Below are positions 38,299-47,353 of a stretch of 57,368 nucleotides of DNA, piece after piece (positions within the stretch are counted from its first letter, which is position 1; every line of letters starts with the position of its first letter). Under the pieces are notes generated by a model. That model was not told the origin of the DNA. It saw only the letters and a program-made list of their open reading frames with translations, and searched no databases. Source of the DNA: Haliangiales bacterium (lineage in GTDB: Bacteria > Myxococcota_A > Polyangia > Haliangiales > SHYZ01); NCBI GenBank assembly GCA_046595695.1, contig JBKJOI010000417.1, positions 1 through 57,368 on the forward strand, given 5' to 3'. The position numbers were made by a program, and so were the translations under genes.

Positions 38299-38604
38299 GT
38301 GAGGCGAATGGTCAGCGTGACGGCACGCAAAATACGCGAGCACGGACGAGAGCGATCGTCTGTAGGCGTAGGTCGTGTGTATACCGGGTTTCTCATCAGT
38401 TATCCGGTGGTCGGCCGCGGCATGGTCATTTTTCGCGATCCGCACGGGCACCGGATGATCACGACCCCGGTCAAGCGTGTGCTCGGCGAGCCCACCGGCC
38501 AGACCCTCTACATCGAGACCGAGAACAGCGTGTACCGACTGACCTTCCACGGCGCGCCGCTCGTGCCCATGCAGTCGCCGCACCCGGGCGAGGCGACCGG
38601 CTAA
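38299..38604 (+). CDS. small hypothetical protein (start uncertain)
   Basis: Only the 3' two-thirds show G/C-ending codon bias. An internal ATG (MVIFRDPHGHRMITTPVKRV...) may be the true start. No motif recognised. Confidence 0.4.
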   Translation: MRRMVSVTARKIREHGRERSSVGVGRVYTGFLISYPVVGRGMVIFRDPHGHRMITTPVKRVLGEPTGQTLYIETENSVYRLTFHGAPLVPMQSPHPGEATG

Positions 38605-38628
38605 CCTGGGCGACCCGGCCAGCCCGAC

Positions 38629-39804
38629 CTAGTCGAGGACGCGACAGACCAGGAACTTGAGGTAGCGGCCCTCGGGGAAGGCCACCGGCACCACGTGGTC
38701 GGGCGCCTGCGAGCCGATGTGCAGGAGCTGCACGCGGCGGTGCGAATCGTGAGCGGCGCCGGCCAGCAGGCGCTCGAACTCGGTCGCGTCGATGAGCTGC
38801 GAGCATGACGCCGTGCACAGCAGCCCGCCGGGGGCGACCGCCTGCATGGCGAGCGCGTTCAGGCGGCGGTAGCCGCGCAGCGCCGCTTCCAGGTCCTTGC
38901 GCGCGCGCGCGAACTTGGGCGGGTCGCAGACCACCAGGTCCCAGGCCCCGGCGGGCGCCTGCTCGAGGAAGCGGAAGACGTCGCTCTCGACCACGTCGAC
39001 GTCGCCGAGCTCGTTCTTGGCGAAGTGGGCGCGCGCTCGCTCGAGCGCGCGCGCCGAGACGTCGACCGCGGTCACCGACTTGGCGCCGCCGCGCGCGGCC
39101 GCGAGCGCGAAGCCGCCCGCGTACGTGTACAGGTCGAGCACGCGCGCGCCGCGCGCGAGCCGGCCGACCATGGCGCGGTTCTCGCGCTGATCCAGGAAGT
39201 AGCCGGTCTTCTGCCCGCCGAGCGGCTCGACCTCGAGGCTGATGCCGTTCTCGCGGCAGGCGACCAGGTGCCTGGCCTCGCCGCGAACTACGCGCGCCGA
39301 CGAGGTGAAGCCCTCGAGCTGCGCGAAGCCGCCCGCGGCCACCTCGACGACCTGACGTGGCGCGAGCAGCGCGAACAGCGCGTCGTAGATGACCTCCTCG
39401 CGCTGCTTCATGGCGTAGGTCGCGAACTGCACCGCCACGGTGTCGCCGTAGACGTCGACGATGAGCCCGGGCAGCGCGTCGCCCTCCGAGTTGCACAGCC
39501 GGTAGGCGTCGGTGTCCTCGCAGGGCAGGCCGAGCCGCTCGCGCAGCGCGCGCGCGTCGGCGAGGCGCGCCGCGATCCACGCGTCGTCGAGCGCCACGTC
39601 GCGCGAGCTGGCCATGCGCACGCGCAGCTGCGAGCGCGGGTTGGCGAAGCCGCGGCCGACGAAGCGACCCGCGTCGTCGAGGACCCGGACCTCGTCGCCG
39701 GGCTCGAGCGTGCCGACGACACGCAGGATGGCCTCGGAGTAGAGCCAGGGGTGGCCGAACCAGAGCGGCTTGGCGCGCCCCTTCTTGATGACGACGTCGG
39801 TCAT
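38629..39804 (-). CDS. rlmI: 23S rRNA (cytosine-C5)-methyltransferase RlmI-like (PUA + class I SAM MTase)
   Basis: The ATG at 39804 gives MTDVVIKKGRAKPLWFGHPWLYSEAI. QKTGYFLDQREN, VLDLYTYAGGFAL and VCDPPKFA follow. Confidence 0.8.
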   Translation of the reverse strand: MTDVVIKKGRAKPLWFGHPWLYSEAILRVVGTLEPGDEVRVLDDAGRFVGRGFANPRSQLRVRMASSRDVALDDAWIAARLADARALRERLGLPCEDTDAYRLCNSEGDALPGLIVDVYGDTVAVQFATYAMKQREEVIYDALFALLAPRQVVEVAAGGFAQLEGFTSSARVVRGEARHLVACRENGISLEVEPLGGQKTGYFLDQRENRAMVGRLARGARVLDLYTYAGGFALAAARGGAKSVTAVDVSARALERARAHFAKNELGDVDVVESDVFRFLEQAPAGAWDLVVCDPPKFARARKDLEAALRGYRRLNALAMQAVAPGGLLCTASCSQLIDATEFERLLAGAAHDSHRRVQLLHIGSQAPDHVVPVAFPEGRYLKFLVCRVLD

Positions 39805-39841
39805 GGAGTGACGAGAGCAGTGGCCCGGTTGGGCCGAGAAA

Positions 39842-40297
39842 TCAAGCGCGTTTCGAAGACTTGGCGGCGATGACGGCGTCGAGGATGTCGCCCGCGTCCT
39901 TCTCCGTAATGTTGGCACCGCGCGCGAAATCGGCGAGCGCCGCTTGCTCGGCCTCGGCGACCGAGCCGTCCGAGACGCCCATGAGACAGCCCATGGCGTA
40001 GACCTCGCGCTGCTGCACGGGATCGACGATCTGGGCGGCGAGCTGCGCGCAGTCGCTCTTCTTCGCGACCTCGTCGTCGAGGATGCGGTGCGCCTCGGGG
40101 CCCTCCATGCCCAGCTGGATCGAGATGTCGACCAGCATGGACAGCTCCTTGGGGTCGATGGTCCCGTCGGCGGTGATGATGCGCGCCAGGAAGCGCAAGA
40201 TGATGGTCTCGAGCACCCGCTTGGGCGCGTTGTTCATCGCCTGGTCGAGTGGCGGAGGCGCGAGCAGGGCGTCGAGGCTCAGGTTGGGTTCGCTCAT
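39842..40297 (-). CDS. TerB-like (tellurite-resistance TerB / DjlA N-terminal type) helical protein
   Basis: 151 aa. The pattern FLARIITADGTIDPKELSMLV...AMGCLMGVSDGSVAEAEQAALADFA resembles a TerB-like domain. The assignment is tentative. Confidence 0.5.
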   Translation of the reverse strand: MSEPNLSLDALLAPPPLDQAMNNAPKRVLETIILRFLARIITADGTIDPKELSMLVDISIQLGMEGPEAHRILDDEVAKKSDCAQLAAQIVDPVQQREVYAMGCLMGVSDGSVAEAEQAALADFARGANITEKDAGDILDAVIAAKSSKRA

Positions 40298-40317
40298 GGG
40301 GGCTCCTTCGCTCTCGC

Positions 40318-41385
40318 CTACTTGACGATCTTCTTGACCACGGCCTCGAGCGCGCCCGATTCGACGGCAGCGCCCACGGCCTTGGCGATGATGCTGAGCA
40401 CGCTCATGGTCGAGCTCTGTTGCTGCTGTTGCTGCTGTTGCTGCGGCGGCGCGGCCGCGGGCGTGGCCGAGCCCATCGCGGCTTGCGCGCTCATGCCGCG
40501 CGTGCCGAAGGGTAAGGCCGGCCCGCCCACCGGTGCCGGCGCGGAGATCCCGCCGCCCATGCCGCCGCTCGGCATCCCGCCGCCCATGCCGCCCCCGCCG
40601 CCGGGCGCGCCCGGCATCTGGCCTGACTGAGGCTTCACCGGGCCGCCGCCCATGCCGCCCGCGGCCGGCATCCCGCCGCCGGGCATCCCGCCGCTCGGCA
40701 TCCCGCCGCTACTCGGCATCCCGCCCATGCCGCCGCCGCCGCCCTGGCCCGGCATCTGGCCGGGCTGCGGCGCCACCGGCATCGAGCTCATGCCCTTGCC
40801 GCCACTGGAGCCGGGCATGCCGCCAGCGCTCATCCCGCCGCCCGCGGGGCTCATCCCGCCGCCGCCAGCGCTCATCCCACCGAGGCTGTTGATGCCTCCG
40901 CCCATGGACGGTGCAGGCGCGGGCGCCGGCGCCGGTGCCGGTGCGCTCAGGCTCGGTCCGCTGCCGCCTGCTCCCAGCCCCGCCCCCAGCCCGGCACCCA
41001 GGCTGATCCCGGCACCGAGGCTGTTGATGCCGCCGCCGCTGCCCGGCGTGGGCATCGGCGCGATCGACGCGGGCGCGGCCATCGGTGGCGGAATCGGCGG
41101 CGGCAGCTGCATCTGCCCGCGGACCTGGGCGGACATCTGCGCCGCGTGCTGATACCACGGCCCGCGCAGCGACATGCAGCGGTCGAGCGCCCCGAGCGCG
41201 TCCTGCGGGAAGCCTCGCCACAAACACGCCGTCGCGTAGTGGTAGTACAGTCCGTCGACGTTCGGCGCCTGCTGAATCGCCTGGTAGAAGCTCTGCGCGG
41301 CCTGATCGTACATGCCACTCTGCATCGCTTGCTGACCCTGCTGGGCCAGCTGCGTCGCGCGGTCGGCACCGCCTGCCATCATCAT
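40318..41385 (-). CDS. Gly/Met/Pro-rich low-complexity protein with TPR-like N-terminus and amphipathic C-terminal helix
   Basis: An ATGATGATG start at 41385 is preceded by GGGGGGA. The frame is maintained through about 690 nt of low complexity (40417-41103). It lies 20 nt upstream of the TerB-like gene. Confidence 0.65.
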   Translation of the reverse strand: MMMAGGADRATQLAQQGQQAMQSGMYDQAAQSFYQAIQQAPNVDGLYYHYATACLWRGFPQDALGALDRCMSLRGPWYQHAAQMSAQVRGQMQLPPPIPPPMAAPASIAPMPTPGSGGGINSLGAGISLGAGLGAGLGAGGSGPSLSAPAPAPAPAPAPSMGGGINSLGGMSAGGGGMSPAGGGMSAGGMPGSSGGKGMSSMPVAPQPGQMPGQGGGGGMGGMPSSGGMPSGGMPGGGMPAAGGMGGGPVKPQSGQMPGAPGGGGGMGGGMPSGGMGGGISAPAPVGGPALPFGTRGMSAQAAMGSATPAAAPPQQQQQQQQQSSTMSVLSIIAKAVGAAVESGALEAVVKKIVK

Positions 41386-41493
41386 GGGATCCCCCCCGGG
41401 TTGTGCGCGTACGACGAGGCACGCGCGCCGATGACTATATCCCCGATCGCAGGATCGTCGTGAGGCCCAACAAGGCGCACTGAGATGCTCGGC

Positions 41494-41565
41494 CTCCGGA
41501 CGGAGTTCCCTGGAAGGCGTTCCAAATACGAACACTGGGCCATGTTGGGTGCTCCATTTTGGAGC
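41494..41565. promoter_or_regulatory. three short palindromes (candidate upstream activator sites)
   Basis: The palindromes are CTCCGGACGGAG (41494-41505), TGGAAGGCGTTCCA (41511-41524) and GCTCCATTTTGGAGC (41551-41565). They lie about 75-145 bp upstream of the -24 element. Confidence 0.3.
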
Positions 41566-41638
41566 TAATACGATCCAAGACGGAACATGCGGCGATCTAT
41601 CTATTGATAATTGCCAGGTTTTGCTTGAGTGTGCGGGT

Positions 41639-41654
41639 TGGCAAAGCGATTGCT
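41639..41654 (+). promoter_or_regulatory. candidate sigma-54 (-24/-12) promoter
   Basis: TGGCAAAGCGATTGCT compares with consensus TGGCAC-N5-TTGCW. The GG (41640-41641) and GC (41652-41653) are separated by exactly 10 nt. It lies in a non-coding, GC-poor region and points toward the bEBP operon. Confidence 0.5.
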
Positions 41655-41664
41655 TTGGAACCCG

Positions 41665-41777
41665 AGCGTTACTCGACGCTGGGACCGGGCAGCAACGTCA
41701 TCGGTTGGGGGGGCCCAACAGGGCGGTGACGGTAGTAGGGGGGGGCCCGGTCGCAGCGTCGATTTTTTTTCTTTTTT
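41665..41777 (+). ncRNA. candidate ~110-nt sigma-54-dependent sRNA or 5' leader/attenuator
   Basis: It is bounded by the predicted start (~12 nt after the -12 GC) and the U8CU6 tract. It contains three nested stems that I paired by hand. Confidence 0.35.
41674..41777 (+). terminator. intrinsic-terminator-like long hairpin followed by T8CT6
   Basis: The outer stem pairs 41674-41689 with 41746-41761 (15 of 16 positions paired, one G-G mismatch). It is followed by A, then T8 (41763-41770), C, then T6 (41772-41777). I saw no comparable T-run elsewhere in the window. Confidence 0.5.
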
Positions 41778-41797
41778 CTGGGTACTCTCCGGGGCTC

Positions 41798-43306
<1,509 letters not shown>

Positions 43307-43309
43307 GGA

Positions 43310-44332
43310 ATGAGTGCTATCGTCGGCTCCGTGTCGTCCGTCGGTGAAGAGCTGTTTTCGCGGCGCGTGATCGTGGTCATGGGCAAAGGGGGCGTGGGTC
43401 GCACCACGGTATCGACCGCGCTCGCGCAGGCGGCGGCGCGGCGCGGCCGGCGCACCTTGCTGTTCCAGGCGGGCGCCAAGGACAAGCTGTCGCGCCTGCT
43501 CGGCATCGCGCCGGTCGGCGACCAGATCGTGCAGGTGCCGGGCGGCTTCTCGGCGGTCAACACCAACCCGAGCGCCGCGATCCACGAGTACGGCCTCATG
43601 GTGCTGCGCTACGAGACCATCTACCGGCTGGTGATGGAGAACCAGGTCATCAAGAAGCTGGTGCGCGCCATCCCCGGCCTGGACGACTACTCGATCATCG
43701 GCAAGCTGTGGTTCCACTCGACCGAGACGCACCCGGCGGGCGGCTGGAAGTGGGACACCATCGTGTTCGACGCGCCCGCGACCGGCCACGCGCTGTCCAT
43801 GTTCAAGATCCCGCGCGCCATCCTCGAGGCGGTGCCCGAGGGTCCGCTGACCCGCGACGCGGTCAAGGTGCGATCCCTGTTCGAGGATCCCTCGCGCACC
43901 GCGGTCGTGCTGACCACTCTGGCCGAGGAGATGCCCGTCACCGAGACCATCGAGATGGCGGCGCGCCTGCGCCCCGAGCTGGGCCTGCACGCGACCCACC
44001 TGGTCGTGAACCAGATCGCGCCCGATCGCTTCTTCCGGCCGGGCACGCCCGCGCGCGTGCTCGACGAGCTGATCGCGGCGGGCGGCGCAGCCGCCAACGC
44101 AAGTGACGACGACGCGCTCGCGCCGCTCGTGCGCGAGGCGCGGCTGCAGCGCTCGCGCCGGCAGCTCAACGAACGCTACCTCGCGCGCCTCGAGGCCGAG
44201 GTAAGGCTGCCGCAGATCCGCCTGCCGCTCCTGCACACGTCCAGCTTCGGCGCAGAGCAGGTCGCGTACCTCTCCGGCGAGATCGAGGCGCAGCTCACCG
44301 CCGCCGGCGCCCGCGTGGCCTCGGCGGGATAG
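43310..44332 (+). CDS. ArsA/Get3-like P-loop ATPase, paralogue 1 (340 aa)
   Basis: Deviant Walker A VVMGKGGVGRTTVSTALA and the DAPATGHAL switch-like block are present. It starts 3 nt after the bEBP stop. Confidence 0.8.
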   Translation: MSAIVGSVSSVGEELFSRRVIVVMGKGGVGRTTVSTALAQAAARRGRRTLLFQAGAKDKLSRLLGIAPVGDQIVQVPGGFSAVNTNPSAAIHEYGLMVLRYETIYRLVMENQVIKKLVRAIPGLDDYSIIGKLWFHSTETHPAGGWKWDTIVFDAPATGHALSMFKIPRAILEAVPEGPLTRDAVKVRSLFEDPSRTAVVLTTLAEEMPVTETIEMAARLRPELGLHATHLVVNQIAPDRFFRPGTPARVLDELIAAGGAAANASDDDALAPLVREARLQRSRRQLNERYLARLEAEVRLPQIRLPLLHTSSFGAEQVAYLSGEIEAQLTAAGARVASAG

Positions 44333-44350
44333 TGTTATGCTGGCGCGGTC

Positions 44351-45289
44351 GTGGCTTCTAGACGCCCGTCTCGCCTGGCCTATGTAGCGCTGATCTTGCT
44401 CGTCGCGGGGTTCCCCGGAGCAGTCGCGCGCGCGCAAGGCGGCGCGGGAGCGGCGCCGGCGCCGGGTGCGGCCACGCCGAGGCGATCGACGGTGGCGCTC
44501 TTGCGCATCGAGCCGCTCGGCCTCGAGCCCGAGCTGGTCATCCGCCTCGAGGCGCTATTCCGCCTCGAGCTCGAGCGGCTCGAGGGCGTCACGCTGCCGA
44601 CGGGGCACGAGGTCGACAAGGCCGCGGCCGGCGACGCGGCGCTGCGCGGCTGCACCAGCGAGCCCGAGTGCCTGACCGGTATCGGCAAGAAGCTGGGCGT
44701 CGCGTACATGGTCTCGGGCACCGTCGGGGCGCTCGGCGACAGCTACGTGATCAACCTGAAGCTGGTCGAGGTCGCGAGTGGCAAGGAGATCCGCCGCATC
44801 GAGGAGCCGCTGTCCGGCTCGCCCGACGAGCTGATCGAGGCGGTGCGCGTGGCCGCGTACCGCCTGTGGGCGCCCGACAAGCTGAAGGGCTCGATCGCGA
44901 TCCTTGTCGACGTGACCGGCGCCGAGGTCTTCCTCGACGGCAAGCAGCTGGGCAAGACGCCGCTCGCGCAGCCGGTCGCCAACCTGGCGGTGGGCAAGCA
45001 CTCGCTGCGCATCGCCGCGCGCGGCTACTCCGACTTCCTCCAGGACGTCGACGTGCGCTTCCAGAAGAGCACGCAGGTGGTCGTGAGCCTGCAGCGCGCC
45101 AGCGTGGTGCCGGGCGGGCCGCCGGGTGGCGCACCGCTGCGCGCGGCGCCGGTGCCCTGGTACTCATCGACCTGGGGCTACGTGGGCCTGGGCGTGGCCG
45201 CGGTAGCGCTCGGCGTGCTGGTCGGGCTCGCGCTCACCGGCGACGAGGTCGTGGACTGCGATCGCAACCCCGGGGCGTGCGGACTTTGA
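44351..45289 (+). CDS. PEGA-domain envelope protein 1 (signal peptide, C-terminal TM)
   Basis: GTG start with signal LAYVALILLVAGFPGAVARAQG. The PEGA block is GAEVFLDGKQLGKTPL...LAVGKHSLRIAARGYSDF. The C-terminal TM is WGYVGLGVAAVALGVLVGLAL. Confidence 0.7.
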   Translation: MASRRPSRLAYVALILLVAGFPGAVARAQGGAGAAPAPGAATPRRSTVALLRIEPLGLEPELVIRLEALFRLELERLEGVTLPTGHEVDKAAAGDAALRGCTSEPECLTGIGKKLGVAYMVSGTVGALGDSYVINLKLVEVASGKEIRRIEEPLSGSPDELIEAVRVAAYRLWAPDKLKGSIAILVDVTGAEVFLDGKQLGKTPLAQPVANLAVGKHSLRIAARGYSDFLQDVDVRFQKSTQVVVSLQRASVVPGGPPGGAPLRAAPVPWYSSTWGYVGLGVAAVALGVLVGLALTGDEVVDCDRNPGACGL

Positions 45290-46236
45290 GGCAGCTGCGC
45301 TCGATCGCGCTGTCGCTGCTCGTGATCGCGTTCGCGTCGAGCGTGGCCCAGGTGGCCCAGGTGGCCGACGCCGCCGAGCCGCCCGCGGCGAGCGCGCCGG
45401 CCGCGGCGCCCGCACGCAAGGTGGTCATCGCGCCGCTGACCGGCCTGGTCGACGGCGGTCCGGATCTCGCGCCCGCGCAGGCGCTGGTCGGCACCGGCGT
45501 CGGCAGCGTGCCGGGCGTGGTGCTGATCTCCGACAAGGAGCTGCGCGCCGCGCTGAAGAAGGCCAAGCGCAAGGATCTCGAGTCCTGCGACGGTGGCGTG
45601 GCCTGCCTGACCGAGCTCGGTAAGCTGGTCGGCGCGCAGATCGTGGTCGCCGGCGACGTCGGCGACCTGGGTGGCGGCCAGGTCGCGTACCTCATGGCGG
45701 TCGACGTGGGCAGCGGCCGCGAGCTGGGCTCGACCACCGCGGTGCTGAGCGGCGACGCGGCGCAGAAGCAGGGCGAGGCGCGCGCGGCGGCGTACCGGCT
45801 GCTCGCACCGGCGGCGTACGTGGGCACGATCGCGCTGTCGACCGACATCCCGGGCGCGGTGATCTACCTGGACGGCAAGCAGGTCGGCAAGTCGCCGGCC
45901 GCACCGGTCAAGACGTCGGTGGGCACGCACGCGCTGCGCGTGACGCACGAGCAGTACCGCGACTACGTGCGCTTCATCGAGGTGAAGTTCGACGAGACGG
46001 CCAAGATCGATATCAGCCTGAAGGAGTACCCCATCGTCAACGATGGGATGATCGAGAACGGCGGGCGCCTGGGCGGACCGATCGAGGAGCGCGTCGCGCC
46101 CCGGCCCTGGTACCGCAAGGGCTGGGCGGTCGCGGCGATGGGTACCGCGCTGCTGATCGCGACCGCGATCACCGTGGCGATCGTCGCCGACGGCATCGCC
46201 GCCGACCGCGAGGTCATCGTGGGGCCGGAGCCGTAG
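45286..46236 (+). CDS. PEGA-domain envelope protein 2 (paralogue of the previous gene)
   Basis: A TTG at 45286 overlaps the upstream stop (TTGA) and gives (M)RQLRSIALSLLVIAFASSVAQVA. The PEGA block is GAVIYLDGKQVGKSP...VGTHALRVTHEQYRDY. The C-terminal TM is GWAVAAMGTALLIATAITVAIV. Confidence 0.7.
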   Translation: MRQLRSIALSLLVIAFASSVAQVAQVADAAEPPAASAPAAAPARKVVIAPLTGLVDGGPDLAPAQALVGTGVGSVPGVVLISDKELRAALKKAKRKDLESCDGGVACLTELGKLVGAQIVVAGDVGDLGGGQVAYLMAVDVGSGRELGSTTAVLSGDAAQKQGEARAAAYRLLAPAAYVGTIALSTDIPGAVIYLDGKQVGKSPAAPVKTSVGTHALRVTHEQYRDYVRFIEVKFDETAKIDISLKEYPIVNDGMIENGGRLGGPIEERVAPRPWYRKGWAVAAMGTALLIATAITVAIVADGIAADREVIVGPEP

Positions 46237-47269
46237 CCGACGCCGCGGGCGCGCGGCGCCCGGCGGGCGCGTGGGAGGCGCGCGCCCACGCGATGGTCGC
46301 GGCGATCGCGTCGGCGGGCGGAGTCGGGCGGCTGCCGAAGGCGGCGCGGAAGCGCGAGTCGTCGAGGACGAAGGGCAGCTTCCACTGGTAGGTCATCTCG
46401 GCGACCTCGCGCATGATCGGCGCGAAGACCCCCATGGTGCGCAGCATCCAGTCGGGCAAGCGCTGGACCTCGACCGCGTCGCCGGCGAGGCGCTGCGCGA
46501 GCTCACGCGTGCTCGTGGCGGGGTTGACCGGCAGGTGCCAGACGTGGCCGAACGCCTGATCGTGCGCGCCCAGCGTGAGCAGCCCGGCGGCCACGTCGTG
46601 CGAGTACGAGTACGAGTGCGGCTGGTCGGGATCGCCGCAGCACTCGACCGCGCGGCCGGCCAGGGCCTTCTTCCAGAAGCGCTCGCCCAGGATCGCGTTG
46701 CCGACGAGCGGCCCGAAGAAGTCGCTGGCGCGGCCGATGGCGACGCGCACCTCGCCGCGCGCGTGCGCGCCGAGCACGTCCTCGGCCTGGCGCGCGCGCA
46801 GCGTGCCCTTGTTGCTGCGCGGGCGGACCGGCGAGTCCTCGCGCATCGGGCCGTCGGCGGGATCGTACATGTACAGGTTGTCGAGCATGACGAGGCGCGC
46901 GCCCGGCGCGGCGCCGGCCATGCCGGCGAGCACGCCGCGCGTGAGCGGCAGCAGCAGGCGCGCCCACTGGTCGTAGCGTGCGTTCAGGCAGTGGTAGACG
47001 ACGGCGGCGCCGGCGAGCGCGCTGCGCGCGAACGCAGGATCCGAGAGATCGCCGTGGACGAGCTCGAGGCCGGGACGCGCCGGCCCGGGCGCGCGCGCGG
47101 ACAGACGCACCTGGCGCACGCGCACGCCGCGCGCGAGCAGCGCGTCGACGAGCAGCGGGCCGATCTGGCCGGCGCCGAGGACGACGTGCAGGCCGGGCGC
47201 GAGCGCGAGCGCCGGGGCGGGGGCGGGGGCGGGGGCGGGCGGAACGTTGGGGGCGTCGTTGGTTTCCAT
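46214..47269 (-). CDS. NAD-dependent epimerase/dehydratase-family (extended SDR) protein
   Basis: The ATG at 47269 gives METNDAP. The nucleotide-binding site is HVVLGAGQIGPLLVDALLARG. The 3' end overlaps the convergent PEGA gene by 23 nt. Confidence 0.75.
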   Translation of the reverse strand: METNDAPNVPPAPAPAPAPALALAPGLHVVLGAGQIGPLLVDALLARGVRVRQVRLSARAPGPARPGLELVHGDLSDPAFARSALAGAAVVYHCLNARYDQWARLLLPLTRGVLAGMAGAAPGARLVMLDNLYMYDPADGPMREDSPVRPRSNKGTLRARQAEDVLGAHARGEVRVAIGRASDFFGPLVGNAILGERFWKKALAGRAVECCGDPDQPHSYSYSHDVAAGLLTLGAHDQAFGHVWHLPVNPATSTRELAQRLAGDAVEVQRLPDWMLRTMGVFAPIMREVAEMTYQWKLPFVLDDSRFRAAFGSRPTPPADAIAATIAWARASHAPAGRRAPAASATAPAPR

Positions 47270-47325
47270 GAACCCAGCGTGCGACTTGCAAATCCGCACA
47301 GCAACCCGGATGATCGCAACCATGC

Positions 47326-47341
47326 CTTGCGTTATTGCAAG
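47326..47341. promoter_or_regulatory. candidate LysR-type operator
   Basis: CTTGC-GTTATT-GCAAG is a perfect 5-bp-arm palindrome in the 84-bp divergent SDR/LysR intergenic region. A related CTTGCAAATCCGCACAGCAA lies upstream. Confidence 0.3.
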
Positions 47342-47353
47342 CACGTGTGCGGC

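Noticed and set aside
40533-41152. Plus-strand ORFs antisense to the Gly/Met-rich gene (for example 40652-41152, PPxGIPP repeats)
   Set aside because: They are reverse-complement readings of the same low-complexity DNA. Only the minus-strand frame has a structured N-terminus, a C-terminal helix and a plausible RBS and start.
41611-41626. Second sigma-54-like string TTGCCAGGTTTTGCTT
   Set aside because: The GG-to-GC spacing is 4 nt instead of 10, so it is incompatible with a -24/-12 promoter.
41549-41797. N-terminal 83-codon extension of the GAF-bEBP ORF
   Set aside because: Its codons are predominantly A/T-ending (aat, att, gat, tgt, ttt, tta, caa). It contains the -24/-12 motif, the long hairpin and the T8CT6 run. 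It behaves as non-coding leader, so the GTG at 41798 is preferred.
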